The position numbers and the translations under genes were made by a program. A stretch of 64,000 bases of DNA from the NCBI GenBank assembly GCA_964187785.1, contig OZ076409.1, positions 60,824,001 to 60,888,000 on the forward strand, read 5' to 3'. The notes under the pieces are model-generated. The model searched no databases, was not told the DNA's origin, and saw nothing but the letters and a program-made list of their open reading frames with translations. Positions 47,601 through 61,700 of this stretch are shown here, in pieces. Positions within the stretch are counted from its first letter, which is position 1. Every line of letters begins with the position of its first letter. Source of the stretch: Amphiscolops sp. MND2022 (lineage: Eukaryota).

Positions 47601-50600
47601 TCGAAATTTTTCTAGGCCATATTTGAGCCTAAAAATGAACTCAAATTTATATATTTTTTCATTCCAAGTTTTTCACTTTTTCTTGTTCCTTATGTCCCAG
47701 GGCCGAGATCAAATACGTCATCCAAGGTTGTGCAAATTATACAAGGGTTCTATGGCCTACATTTTAGCCTAAGAGGTGACGTTTACATTTTTGTCTAGCT
47801 TTTCTGGGCAAATAAAGGGATGAAATGCATTTGAGAAAAAACGAGCCGCGGACCATAGTTGCGGGCGTGGCCCGAAACGGCCCGCTTCCAACCCTCGCAG
47901 ATTTATCAATTTTCAATTTGTTTCTCAAATCTGATCAGGATAATATTGCTTCGTACACGTAATTAACTGGAGAATTTTTTAAACAATTAAAAACATTTGT
48001 TTAAATTGCAACTCGCTTCTTTTAAGAGAGCTTGATCACTCGTTGAAAATGAAACAAGATGCCCGCTAAACACAGGGATATTTTCCGCTAAACATGTAAC
48101 GCATCAGCCTTGGTTCGAACCAACGACCTCGTATCTTCCAGGTGGAGATTTGGCTAGTGGAGATTTGTGCAAGTGGAGATTTGGCAAGTGGAGTAATGAG
48201 TAATAAAGTGGAGTTCAAGTAACTAAAATAGTCAAGTAACTGTATAAAATAGTCAAGTATTGGGTGGACATCGTGGCGATATGGCGCAATTTGGAAAAAA
48301 GCAACACAGATTTTGATTTTGCCACCCCATTATATGTTGGCAGAAAATAACAATTTGTTTCTTCCGAAAAAGCTGGTTTTTATATTTTACGGCTTTCAGG
48401 ATATCTTTTCAAGAGAACTATTACGTAGGTACAAATATATTGTTCCTCTCGAATTCTTCTTAATTTCGATGACGATAATATGAAGAATCCAGGGCCGCAC
48501 AATCATGAATGTACTTTTGATCACATTGACCGAAATTGATTTCGTGAGCTCAAGATTCGAAAAAATAAGTACGAACTGAAATCACTTCTTGAAATATTCA
48601 AAAAAGGTATCGCTAACTCTCTAAACATAAACAATCTCTCAAGATCTCCTTGTTTGGTATCATTGTATCGAGCAAGGCAAAATACGATGGTTCGTTCTCC
48701 AAAAACTGTTGCTGACATTCAATTCTAAACAAATCTTGTAAATTTTTTGTACAATATCAAAGTGACTCGATGGCGTTTTTCTCAACTCAGTTTTTCGGCG
48801 TGTTTTTTCTGCGAAACCATTAGTCGTGATGGAACATTTCAATCAACTACACGACCTTTTTGGGGCTTTGAGCTTTGCGAGATGCCCTTATAGTCGAATT
48901 TTTTTCGGCTAAATTCGTGACATGTGCCTAATTATCAAATATATAGGGCAAATTTTTCTAAACTGAGAATATATATGGATACAATGTTTTCAATTAAACT
49001 TTCAAAAGATCGCAGACAACTTTTCCACCGAAAAAAGTGGTAAAATGTCGACTTTGTGATTTTTCTGCGAAGTTTTTTCTAAAAAACCCAATTTTTGACT
49101 GTTGTGCATCTCTAATCCCCTATACCTCAGAACCGAGACGGAAAACAGAGTGAACGGTTTCGTAAATTGTTCGAAATTTTTCTAGGCCATATTTGAGCCT
49201 AAAAATGAACTCAAATTTATATATTTTTTCATTCCAAGTTTTTCACTTTTTCTTGGTTCTTATGTCCCAGGGCCGAGATCAAATACGCCATCCAAGGTTG
49301 TGCAAATTATACAAGGGTTCTATGGCCTACATTTTAGCCTAAGAGGTGACGTTTACATTTTTGTCTAGCTTTTCTGGGCAAATAAAGGGATGAAAAGCAT
49401 TTGAGAAAAAACGAGCCGCGGACCATAGTTGCGGGCGTGGCCCGAAACGGCCCGCTTCCAACCCTCGCAGATTTATCAATTTTCAATTTGCTTCTCAAAT
49501 CTGATTAGGATAATATTGCTTCGTACATGTAATTAACTGGAGAATTTTTTAAACAAGTAAAAACATTTGTTTAAATTGCAACTCGTTTCTTTTAAGAGAG
49601 CTTGATCACTCGTTGAAAATGAAACAAGATGCCCGCTAAACACAGGGATATTTTCCGCTAAACATGTAAGGCATCAGCCTTGGTTCGAACCAACGACCTC
49701 GTATCTTCCAGGTGGAGATTTGGCCACTGGAGATTTGTGCAAGTGGAGATTTGGCAAGTGGAGTAATGAGTAATAAAGTGGAGTTCAAGTAACTAAAATA
49801 GTCAAGTAACTGTATAAAATAGTCAAGTATTGGGTGGACATCGTGGCGATATGGCGCAATTTGGAAAAAAGCAACACAGATTTTGATTTTGCCACCCCAT
49901 TATATGTTGGCAGAAAATAACAATTTGTTTCTTCCGAAAAAGCTGGTTTTTATATTTTACGGCTTTCAGGATATCTTTTCAAGAGAACTATTACGTAGGT
50001 ACAAATATACTGTTCCTCTCGAATTCTTCTTAATTTCGATGACGATAATATGAAGAATCCAGGGCCGCACAATCATGAATGTACTTTTGATCACATTGAG
50101 CGAAATTGATTTCGTGAGCTCAAGATTCGAAAAAATAAGTACGAACTAAAATCACTTCTTGAAATATTCAAAAAAGTTATCTCTAACACTCTAAACATAA
50201 AAAATCTTATAAGATCTCCTTGTTTAGTATCATTGTATCGAGCAAGGCAAAATACGATGCTTCGTTCTCCAAAAACTGTTGCTGACATTTAATTCTAAAC
50301 AAGTCTTGTAAATTGTTTTTACAATATCAAAGTGACTCGATGGTGTTTTTCTCAACTCATTTTTTTGGCGTGATTTTTCTGCGAAACCATTAGTCGTGAT
50401 GGAACAATTAAATCAACTACAAGACCTTTTTGGGGCTTTGAGCTTTGCGAGATGCCCTTATAGTCGAATTTTTTCGGCTAAGTTCGTGACATGTGCCTAA
50501 TTTTCAAATATATGAGGCAAATTTTTCTAAACTGAGAATAGATATAGATACAATGATTTCAATTAAATTTGCACAAGATCCCAGACAACTTTTCCACTGA

Positions 50601-52545
50601 AAAAAGTCTTAAAAATATCGACTTTGTGATTTTTCTGCGAAGTTTTTTCTAAAAAACCCATTTTTTGACTGTTGTTCATCTCTAATCCCCTATACCTCAG
50701 AACCGAGACGGAATACAGAGTGAACGGTTTCGTAAATTGTTCGAAATTTTTCTGGGCCATATTTGAGCCTAAAAATGAACTCAAATATAAATTTTTTCAT
50801 TCCAAGTTTTTCACTTTTTCTTGGTTCTTATGTCCCAGGGCCGAGATCAAATACGCCATCCAACGTTGTGCAAATTATACAAGGGTTCTATGGCCTACAT
50901 TTTAGCCTAAGAAGTGACGTTTACTTTTTTGTCTAGCTTTTCTGGGCAAATAAAGGGATGGAAAGCATTTGAGAAAAAACGAGCCACGGACCATAGTTGC
51001 GGGCGTTGCCCGAAACGGCCCGCTTCCAACCCTCGCAGATTTATCAATTTTCAATTTGCTTCTCAAATCTGATTAGGATAATATTGCTTCGTACACGTAA
51101 TTAACTGGAGAATTTTTTAAACAACTAAAAACATTTGTTTAAATTGCAACTCGCTTCTTTTAAGAGAGCTTGATCACTCGTTGAAAATGAAACAAGATGC
51201 CCGCTAAACACAGGGACATTTTCCGCTAAACATGTAACGCATCAGCCCTGGTTCGAACCAACGACCTCGTATCTTCCAGGTGGAGATTGGGCTAGTGGAG
51301 ATTTGTGCAAGTGGAGATTCGGCAAGTGGAGTAATGAGTAATATAGTGGAGTTCGAGTAACTAAAATAGTCAAATAACTGTAGAAAATAGTCAAGTAGTG
51401 GATGGACATCGTGGCGATATGGCGCAATTTGGAAAAAAGCAACACAGATTTTGATTTTGCCGCCCCATTATATGTGGGCAGAAAATAACAATTTGTTTCT
51501 TCTGAAAGAGCTGGTTTTTATATTTTACGGCTTTCAGGATATATTTGCAAGAGAACTATTACGTATGTACAAATATACTGTTCCTCTCGAAGTCTTCTTA
51601 AATTCGATGACGATAATATGAAGAATCCAAGGCCGCACAGTCATGAATGTACTTTTGATCACATTGACCGAAATTGATTTCGTGAGCTCAAGATTCAAAA
51701 AAATAAGTACGAACTAAAATCACTTCATGAATTATTCGAAAAAATTATCGCGAACTCTCCAAACAAAAATTCCCTCAAGATCTCCCTGTTTAAAATCATT
51801 GTATCGAGCAAGGCAAAATGCGATGCTTCATTCTCCAAAAACTGTCGCTGACATTCAATTCTCAACAAATTCTTGTAATTTGTTTTTGTTATATCAAAGT
51901 GACTCGATGGTGTTTTTCTCAACTCAATTTTTCTGCGAGATTTTTCTGCAAAACCATTAGTGTGATTGAACATTTCAATTAACGACAAGACCTTTTTGTG
52001 GCTTCGAGCTTTGCGAGATGCCCTTATGGTCGAATTTTTTTCGCAAAATTCGTGACATGTGCCTAATTTTCAAACATATGAGGCAAATTTTTCGAAACTG
52101 AAAGTAGATATGGATACAATGTTTTCAATTAAACTTGCACAAGATCCCAGACAACATGTTCACCGAAAAAAGTGTTAAAATTATCGACTTCTTGGTTTGT
52201 TTGCGAAGTTTTTTCTAAAAACCCAATTTTTGACTGTTTTGCATCTCTAATCCCCTATACCTCAGAACTGAGACGGAATACAGAGTGACTGGTTTCGTAA
52301 ATTGTTCAAGAAATTTCTAAGCTATATTGCAGCTTAAAAATAAAGTCAAATATAGCTTTTTTCATTCCAAGTTTTTCACTTTTTCTTGGTTCTTATGTCT
52401 CATTGCCGAGATCAAATACGGTTGTGTAATAATATGGTTGTGTAAATAGTACAAGGGATTTATGGGCTACATTTTAGCCAAAGAAGTGACGTCTAAATTT
52501 TTGTCAAGTTTCTCGGGACAAATAAAGGGATGAAAAAGCATTCGA
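44680..52545. repeat. Tandem array of 5 ~1.57-kb composite units, each containing an intact ~310-bp HINE-like element
   Basis: The marker gatgcccgctaa occurs at 44905, 46489, 48058, 49628 and 51196 (periods 1584, 1569, 1570, 1568). No long ORF. Confidence 0.97.
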
Positions 52546-54473
52546 TTTTTTTCCAGTTTGTAGCTGATTTTTCTCAGAACTGAAAATAATTACTCAGAGT
52601 ACGACAAGGATGTGGTCTAGTTTTTTTTACCATCAAAGTTTCCGTCATGGAGTATGACGTCTCCGTGTTCCTCCTTTTTCATTTTTGAATTTTTTTCCAC
52701 CTTTGACTTTTTTCATCAAAAATTCCTGATCTGAGAGTAGATAAGTTCAAATGATTTTGGGCCCTAGAATGTAAAAAATTCGTAACACCTTCTACAGACT
52801 ACGGCGTCGCGCCTATATTTTTTAGTTGACCGTATTTTTTGTAGTTTTCGATGTGCGAAAACTACCACTCATTTGTTTTTTCTTGGAAGATGAGTCAGCA
52901 AATACTTACCTAAACCATGTTTAATGCTTTTCAAAGTCGATGTGCTTCAATGGGATTTGCCTTGAAAAGTTTTTCGAAAGATTTGTTGCTCAGTTTTTTT
53001 GTCTACTAGAATTCTCGTCTAATATCAAAATTGCTAATTACTTTGAACACGTTTGGTTTAAAGGCCCATATCCAGTCCAACTATGAAATATTAATGCAAA
53101 GGGCCTAGCATGGAAATCACAAACTGAGTCAAGGATGGATGGACGTGCAGGTGAAACGAAAGGCTCTTGAGGGCTCACACTAATTTTTGGGTTTGTGTAA
53201 GAAAGCTGAAAACTGAAGAATATTTTTCGAACTGAAGGCCCATGTCAACGGAGAGGAGCCCTCACGAAAGAAAAAAATTTGAAGTACTAATAAATACTTT
53301 TCGTCGATTAAAAAAGCGTATAGTGTAATCTTTTTTATTTTCGGCTAAGTGGATATTCGGCTTAGTGGTGCCCCACCACACAGATATTCTTCTGTACTTA
53401 GGTATGATTTTGCATTTCATACAAATTAGGATGATGTTGTTTATAGATTAAAACATACGTCAATTGTTCGCATCTATTTTTTTAGCATTTGAAAATTTAA
53501 AAAAAAACAGAAGTTGCGCGGTCATTTTTCGATAGAAAAAAATCTTTTGTCCCTTGCAAGCACTTTGATGACGATGACTTGAATGTATGCTAATGGAAGT
53601 GGTTAACTCAAATAAGGAGCCCAGTCGTTTGATTCTGTATTTAACGTCCTCTCCAGCAAAAACTAGCAGTTCGGTTTTTACCGAAGCTTGATTTTCGTGT
53701 TAAGTGATGTGTTTATCTACTAGGTAATTGGTTTACTGTATGCAAGGCGAAAACGCATCGAATTCTGACAAATATGTCAGAGTGTCTCAGTCCATAGTGT
53801 ACCTAAAAAGTCTTCTTTGAGTTTTCCATACAACTTTATCGTTAAAAAATTGGTTATTTGTAGCACAATATTATTCTGGTTGTTATATGTTAGTTAAAAA
53901 TACATCTGAATTGAGTATTTCAACTATGTGTGACTGAGAATTGAGCTTCAATTTACTCGAATATTAAACCAAAAATCAAAACAATCGTCGTCGAAATAAA
54001 ACGTTCATGTATTAGTTCAAATTCATAAGCATTCATTTAACTTTCCAAACCATCATGAATGATTATTTTTATCATCATTATCAATTCCTCTTTGGCACTT
54101 TTTCTCTCCCCTCGAATAACAAAACTTCTGGCGAAAAAGAAGAAAAACAAGATCACAATCTAAATTTTTGATGATACCGGATATTACAATAAGTTCCAAT
54201 GTAATTAAAAGTTTAATCACGCTTTTTGCTGGATTTTCAATTTTTCATAATCACAATGTGACACTAATTTTCTCACAAACTAATCTTTTTCTTTTTTTGA
54301 TAGGGGAGAAGTAAAAATCTGTGTTTTTTGTGTTTCTCATTTTTATCTTCAATTTTCTTCTTTTGGTTGGTTGCTTCACGTGTTTTCCTGTTTTTCCTTC
54401 GCAACTTTACGTCCCAATTACGTCATTTGGGTATGCTGCTGTGACGACATAACCGTAGTGAGTTATGCAACAA

Positions 54474-54667
54474 TTATATGTTTCGCCTGGTGGAATCTTC
54501 CTCGTTAGATATTGCGACACATACCATTACGCAACATATGCAACATAACACAATGCCAACTGCCCAGAGGAAAATAATGACAGCGAATGAGAAATAAAAG
54601 AGAAGATAGTCACATTGAGCTTCCGACTTTTCCACGGCATCCCATTTCGGAATAATGTATACGTGCC
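54474..54667 (-). CDS. Probable terminal exon of a host membrane-protein gene (TMEM272-like)
   Basis: Acceptor ttttcgtttag|GG, then GHVYIIPKW...CDYLLFYFSFAVIIFLWAVGIVLCCICC. This fits the G-x-V-Y/W...C-D-x-x-L-Y/F-x-F-A/S-F + TM + Cys-cluster pattern. Upstream exons not found. Confidence 0.5.
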
Positions 54668-55332
54668 CTAAACGAAAACTCATTTTCCGTCAAAAAGACT
54701 AAAAAAATGCAATATATTACAAAATTAGCATTCCAGATCAGCTATTATCCGTCCCAAAGTTGGTGCCTGGATCGAAAGTATGTGATGTTTTCAGCAGGGA
54801 AAACAGTTTTTCGAGCTTACAGGGTCCCCCTTAGGATAATTTTCGGCACTGCGAGATCCATTAGAATTAGATCCATTATCATTAAATAACTTCAAAAGAT
54901 TTTGAAGATTGACTCTTGGCTGTTTTTAAGACCTCAACGGGGCCCCAACTTTGGCCATTCCTCGAGTGTTTAGAAATGCAGTTGTTAGTTGTTTTCAACA
55001 CTGATTCACTATAATTGTCACACAAAAGGATCGTTTTGACGCAAGATTGGCCACACTATCAAAAAGATATAAGTCTGTATTTGTCATCACTCTATAGTAT
55101 TTTTTTCTCTATCTTCCTTTTTTTTTAAAAAAAAACAAAAAGTGGTGTTCTTTCAAGAAATCCTTAGTTGAAATTACAAGGATTTTTTATATGCTAGCTG
55201 CACGAAAGAAAACATCATGTTGAGTTAGAGTATTCATCCTGCAATATTTTGTGATTATAATTTCATGAGACAACAAAAACTAATAAAAAATAGTACTGTA
55301 TCAATACCATAAACTCGTTGCCCAAATAAACC

Positions 55333-55402
55333 ATAGCCGCATATGCGGTAAAGGAGTCGGCCTACGTTTGTCCTTCTGACTGGTTCGAATCCCAGTCACA
55401 CG
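55333..55402 (+). ncRNA. tRNA-like/SINE head
   Basis: B box GGTTCGAATCC inside hairpin gactgg..ccagtc; weak A box tagccgcatatgcgg. Followed by a ~180-bp degenerate triplication (tagaatgac at ~55444, 55621, 55791). Confidence 0.4.
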
Positions 55403-58400
55403 AATTTATTGAAAATGCACTCATAAGACCAGTCATTATGGCGTAGAATGACTGTAAAAAAATCGTTCGAATCGTATGAAAAGGTTTTGCGAAAATCGAA
55501 AAAAGTCGAAAAATGACTGTTTTTTGGCCATTTTGGGGCTAATTTTGGCTATGCTTCTCACATCCCCATCCCAGTCATACGATTTCGATGCTATTGCACA
55601 AATATTACTCTTATATGGCGTAGAATGACGGTAGAAAATTTCCTTCGAATGGTATGGAGAGTTTTTTTTTAGAAATTCGTAAAGTTGAAAAATGACTGTT
55701 TCTTAGACATTTTGGGCTATGTTTGGCTGTTTCTTACAGCCCAATCATAAGATTTTGATGCCTTTGCGCACGCAGAGACCCCTTTGGGTGTAGAATGACT
55801 GTTAGAAATTTTATGAAAATCGTATGAACAGTTTTTGATAAATTTGAAGTTTTCAATGAAAGGTCGGGAGAAAAACGACACAAATTCATAAGTAGTCGAA
55901 AATTTGTTCCAACTCCTAAAAACCGGTGCAGTTTGGATATTCCAGCGTTAACACGTCAAAAACAATAATGGAAAATTGACATCGTCACGTGTAAAATCTT
56001 TGAGAGACGATGAGCTGCCTTTTCAGAACATAGTTTTTTGTTTTTCCTTGAAGGATGTTCTATTGAAGACGTAACCAGGTTTTGCTGGAGTGCAAATTCG
56101 GATTACTTGTTCTAGTTCACAATCGTTTTTATTCTTGCTCACTTCTGTTTTCTGCTCTCCTTTCTGTTAATTTTTGAATTACTTGCGTCGAGGGTGCGTT
56201 GTTCATTTAAAGAAAGTTTTTGGTAATGTGATCGAGGGCTATTTCGATCATTCGGGTAGGTGATAGTAAATACCGTGCACTTAATATGAGCGAGACGAAA
56301 TATTGTTTACAAAGAAATCCTGAGTATGTCCAAGTACGTCCAGTGTCGTAATCATTTTCACTGCCGTGGGAGTCTATGGAGTTAATCCCCTACATAGCGT
56401 CCCTGATTACATGACTGTGTTAGTTATAGAAAAATTTCCCAAGTTTCCCAAATACTTTTAGCACCGAGGTTCCTATGAAGACGACTGGACTTCAAGTTCA
56501 CATTTGCTCTAAATCCCTTCTCCTGCTTTTCAAGGGTACTTCAGATAGAAAGAAGGATCTTTTCTGCGATAGCTGAGTGAATTGCCTCCAGAAGTTGGGA
56601 ATTGAGGTTCATTTTTATTTCATCCAGTTTCTTCGTACCTTGACTTTTAGTTTCAAAAAACTTATTCTAGCAGTCTGTATGGTAATTTCACTACTTTCCC
56701 TACTATTCGTTTTTAATAGCGACCTCCAATCCTCGCTGTTTGTGTTAAAAGTTTGCTGTAGCCCATTGGACTCAAGATCGATTTCCATATATCTATCATC
56801 CTTGTTGCTCTCTAGTTTATTCTTTGAGTGATGTCCAAATATTATGTCCTTTTTCTCAATCGGACTTTACGTCCGTTTGCCTGGAGGCTTTCCTCTAGCT
56901 TTCTGCTTTCAGCTTCCTTGTTGGAGGCATTTGAAGAAATGATCGCTGGCTAAAGACTATTATTCAGCTTGTTTTTTTCAACGGCTCGTAACTAACTCAA
57001 CAAAGAGCAAGTCTAGAAGCAGATGATCAAGTCTAGAAACAGAAAATGTATGGAGTCAAGAATTACAAGTTGCAATTAGCATCGATTAGCATCAAGTTGT
57101 TATTAAAGGAGTAATCAAAGTTGTGTCCCCTAGCCTTGAGGGAGACACTATTTATGCGAAAAACTACTTGACGCGCAAAGTTATGGGTGTAATGATACTA
57201 ATAAGAGGCCCTCAGGAGTGACGTTATCACCACGTCACCCTAGGTCTGGGATAAAGTTAGCAGCGTGTTGATATTTGAAGGATATAAATAGATTTGAGGG
57301 AGACGGTACGTGAGTGTTATGACAGGTATCTTATATACATAGCATTCAACGAAACGTAATTTCAAGCGGCGGACCTACGGTCTGGCTGGCTAGAAAAACA
57401 CCAGCACCTGATTGGTTAATTGATTCAATGGACAGCGCGTCGAATAGACTAGAGCAATAATCAATTCGAGCGCGTTTCCTTTGAGATTTTCAATCCATCT
57501 TATTGTATTGAACTTCAACGACATCAACTACATTTACATTCAGTAAAGCAATTCTGGTTTAGATGTTATTTATTCATTATTTTATGAGTATAACAGAAAT
57601 GAAACTGTGTACAAAATCTTGGATATTTGAGTTGAGCAAGTTTTATTTAGAAACGTGTTTGTAGCTGAAGGGACTGACGGTCCCCACTTTCATAGAGGTA
57701 GAACTCCTGGTGGCGTCTGAAGGCTGCTTTTTTTGTTGGGGATCACTTGGTATTGGTAGCCATCGCATGTAGCAGCCTGTGACATCCAGTGAAAGCGATG
57801 GTTTATATTTTCGTTTCTGTTTTGAAAGGCGGGGTTGGAATGTGGGCATTTTAGTTTGAAAAATGAAAGGCCTATTTTTGTCACGACGACCATTTACTAC
57901 ATTGCCCTATGGTAAAAGATCCAAAACCTATGGTTCTTTCTCTGTAATTGGTCCAATAAACTCCGAATGAAACCCTTCATTTGATGAGTTTGAAGTGGCA
58001 ACTTTTAATGTTCCGAACTATGCAGTTTAGGGTCGACTTTCTTACCTTACCGAATGACTTGAAATGGACTTAGGCGGCGCGCATTTTTGTACTGCTTTCA
58101 TTAGGTTTGTCATCGGAAGTGGTTTGTTGCTTTTGACTGTTTGTTGATTATAGGATGCCTTTGCTGCAGGAGCGAAAGTACTGTAGTTTGCAAGCACTAC
58201 ATACAATTCGATCCTCGAGGGAAGCTAGACAGTATCAGGTACACGTTTTCGTTCGGTATAAGCACTATCCACTTGCATCAGCCTATACTTGAGTCCCTCT
58301 AAACACACTAGGTTCTTCAAAAAAATCGGTTTGTTAGTTATTTCCGCCATTAGAAATTGGAGGGTAGTAGAAGTAGTAGAAGAAATGTGTTTCGATCCCT

Positions 58401-58761
58401 GCATTGGGTATCCAAAGTCCCAGTTGTTATGTTGCTCTGCATTCATTCTGTCTGCATTTGGGCCGAGTTAACGGTTGGTACAATCATTACCGACAGGTCT
58501 GGGTTTTATTTTATCTGGGTAGATTTTACATTCTTTCGTGGATGTTTTGGGTGATAGTTGGTTTAGACGTTGAAGCCCCGTGTTGTTCCATGAAAAGAAA
58601 ATGAGCGCTATCGAAGCTGTTGATGTCCTAGATCAGTTTTTTGTTCACTTGACCTGTGATATTTTTGTTTGTGGTTGATGGCTAATGTCCACTGCTGGGT
58701 TTTCCAAGTGCTTGGTAGTCAGATGAATGTTTCCTTCGATTCCTCTTCCCTAGCTTCTCAG

Positions 58762-61700
58762 TGTAACGACTCCTGTTAGTGTCGTTGTTCTGTACATTTC
58801 TGATTATTTTTGTTGCTTTTTGAAGGATATTCTTCTTTTCTAGCTTCTCTTGATGAAAAGATTTTCGGATTTATCAATTTTGAATTGAAGTTTGCAGAGT
58901 AATTGTTTTAACAAAGTAGAATTTGATACAAGACAGCAAATTGAATCAGAAATTGAATTGAATAAGTGTACAGGTACAAACTATATATATCCTCCTAGCA
59001 TCATCTGTTCATACTCGCGTACTTTAATTTCCATCGAGATATTAGTCACTTCCTGTAATTTTGCGGCAAAACTTTGATCTTCGTCAGCATTTCGTCAATT
59101 TTTAAGACACGGCAATTCTAATCTAGTATTAGACATCAATCATGATCATATCATTTCATTCCGGCGTCCTTTTGTTTCCTCCCAAGCAGGAAGTAGATAT
59201 TACTTCAGTCTGTCAAACCGGAAATACTTCCCCGTTTTTCTGCTTTGGTTCGTAAGGAACCGACGCGGAGATGACGCTGACGTGAACAACTAATACTTGA
59301 TTTTGAACTTCCACTTGAAGAAAATTATGACTAATTATCTTGATTTAGGCAATTTGGTGATGCTAAGAGAGTGACTGATTTACATGAGGCTAAACAATTA
59401 TATATTTCAACAATTGATAAATATTTATTTGATTAAAGTTAGGAGCAACACCTTTGAGCAACAATAAAAGACGACGTGACATCGTCAAACAGCATATGAA
59501 CTTATGAAATTAGGTAGTCAAAACGTATATTTAAAATCCAGCTTGGACTTCACTTTATTGACACAAATTGAATATAAACTGTGACTTTTCAATGAAAATC
59601 GAATTGAAACACTGTTATTTTAAGTAAATCTGAAAAATCCTGGCTTAAATACCATATTCCGTTCGAATTGAATCTTGGTCGACGCAATACTGACGTAGAT
59701 TCAAAATTTGGTTTGGTTAGTTAAATTGCGACGGACGTAGTGTTGACGTTGATTCATATTCTAGCTTCGATTAGTTTCACCGTAGTAAAAGAACGCTTCT
59801 TTTAAGTTTAATACAGACTAAAACTCCTAATTTTATAAATTTGGGACGTAGAGTGGACGTAAATTTGGTATTACACTTAGTCCGCCATTATAGTGGACGT
59901 AGCGTGGACGTAAATGTGGTGTTTTGGATGGATTAAAACAGCTATTTTGATGGATTTGCGACCTAACGTGGACGTACGTATTAGTATTAGACTTAGTCCG
60001 CCGATATAGTGGACGTAAATTTGGAATGAAAATTAGCTAGCTGCCATAGCTGTGACGTCATATCGTCGTCTGATTTGGAATACTTTCTAGCTAGTTGCCA
60101 AGTTAGACGAGATGCTGACGTCACATTTCGGAATGAATTTCTGACTAGTTGCCAAGTTAGACGAGATGCTGACGCCACATTTTGGAATGAAATTCTAGCT
60201 AGCTGCCATAGCTGTGACGTAGCGTAGTCGCGACTCAAATTCAATCGTATTGGCGAAGCGGTGACCTATATTAGTTTTAGTTTGCTTTTAATTCAATGCA
60301 GTCCGGGCGCGGACTGTGACAGGGCCACTCTCATATGACGAATGGTTCTTGGGGGCTTAATAAAATGAAAGAGATGATGTTGGGGAAGTATTGTACCGTC
60401 AATTAATTGGTTATCAAATTGTTTTTGTTTTCTTTAGTCCTAAATTTTGACGTAGTTTCGTTCTTTTTGCGACAAGTAATTCCAATGATGTGTCTCAGTT
60501 GTATTTTGCAGGAAAATGATTAAAATTCTACTGTCATCACTACGCATGTCCGGAAATGTGTGAAATTATCTCGGAATGTTTTTAAGTTCTGAAATCATTT
60601 ATAATTTAGATTTTGATGGTTTTAACTTGTCACAGTATATTTCAGTTTGATAAGATAGTCTAACTGTTTTCAAAATGCATCCGTGATCACGTCCAAACTG
60701 CGCCTCTTGGCAACGACAATCCAGGCCGGGCGCGGACTGTGACAGGGCCACTCTCATGGGACGAAGATATCTCGTGGGGTTGTCGAAACTGAAGAGAGGA
60801 TTGTTTTGGTTGTACGCTTTCCCAGAGGAATGTGACATTTCCGGTCCAACTCTGTAGTTCGGTATAGCACTTTTTGGGAGGTGGTAGAAGCTGTCTTTTA
60901 ATTCCTTTATAGTCCCAGGTGTTGACGTTTAGCCAACGTCACGTTTTTATTGGACACGAATTAAATTATTTCGTTTGACCAAAGTTGTCACCGTTTTGAT
61001 GACGTCATTATAGATTATAGGATTAATTCCTTACCCTGATAACCTTTGTGTCGACGTTATGCTGACGTCAATTTCGTTGGTAATTAGCCAACTTTAGGTT
61101 TTGTCACCGTTTTGATGACGTCAGTTTTGTTAGCGATAAGCCAACTTCAATTTTTTGCGGTCACTGTTGACGTCATAATGACGTCGTATCAGTATTGGGC
61201 TGTTATAACCCTGGTCATTTGCGACGTCAATACTGCGTCGTCTTTGTATATGGGTTGTTATAACCCGGTCATTTGCGACGTCAATCTTGCGTCGTCTTTG
61301 CATATGGGCTGTTATAACCCGGTCATTTTAGGATCCATATGATCTTAAAAGGTCATGGTCTGCAAGATGATAATAGGACTCATTTTTGTTCTCAGAGGGA
61401 GGTGTGCGTCTTAGTGACGCCAACGCGCTGGTTTTTCAACAACCCTTAGGTTTGTAACATTCCGCGTTCCATTAAGCTTTTCTGAATCATTCGAAACTGC
61501 AGATAGGCCTTTTCTGCTTTTGTATGTTCATAGCTTAGATTTTCTGACTAGTCGATTCGGGAATGTGTGCTTCAGTGACTACGTCTTTGTCATTTTTCGA
61601 ACGCACATCTCGGCCTCAGGAAGAGTCTAGTTTTTTTTTTATACTTACCGATGTGAGCTAATTCACCCGACTCTGGGCAAAGGTAACGCCCCAGGGGTAT

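Noticed and set aside
45343..51988. Repeated 60-87 aa ORFs in the tandem array
   Set aside because: They are broken by stops in some copies and have no recognisable motifs.
55960..58760. Decayed Gypsy-like internal/LTR sequence flanking the LTR element
   Set aside because: Composition is suggestive, but I could not identify a diagnostic motif or boundaries.
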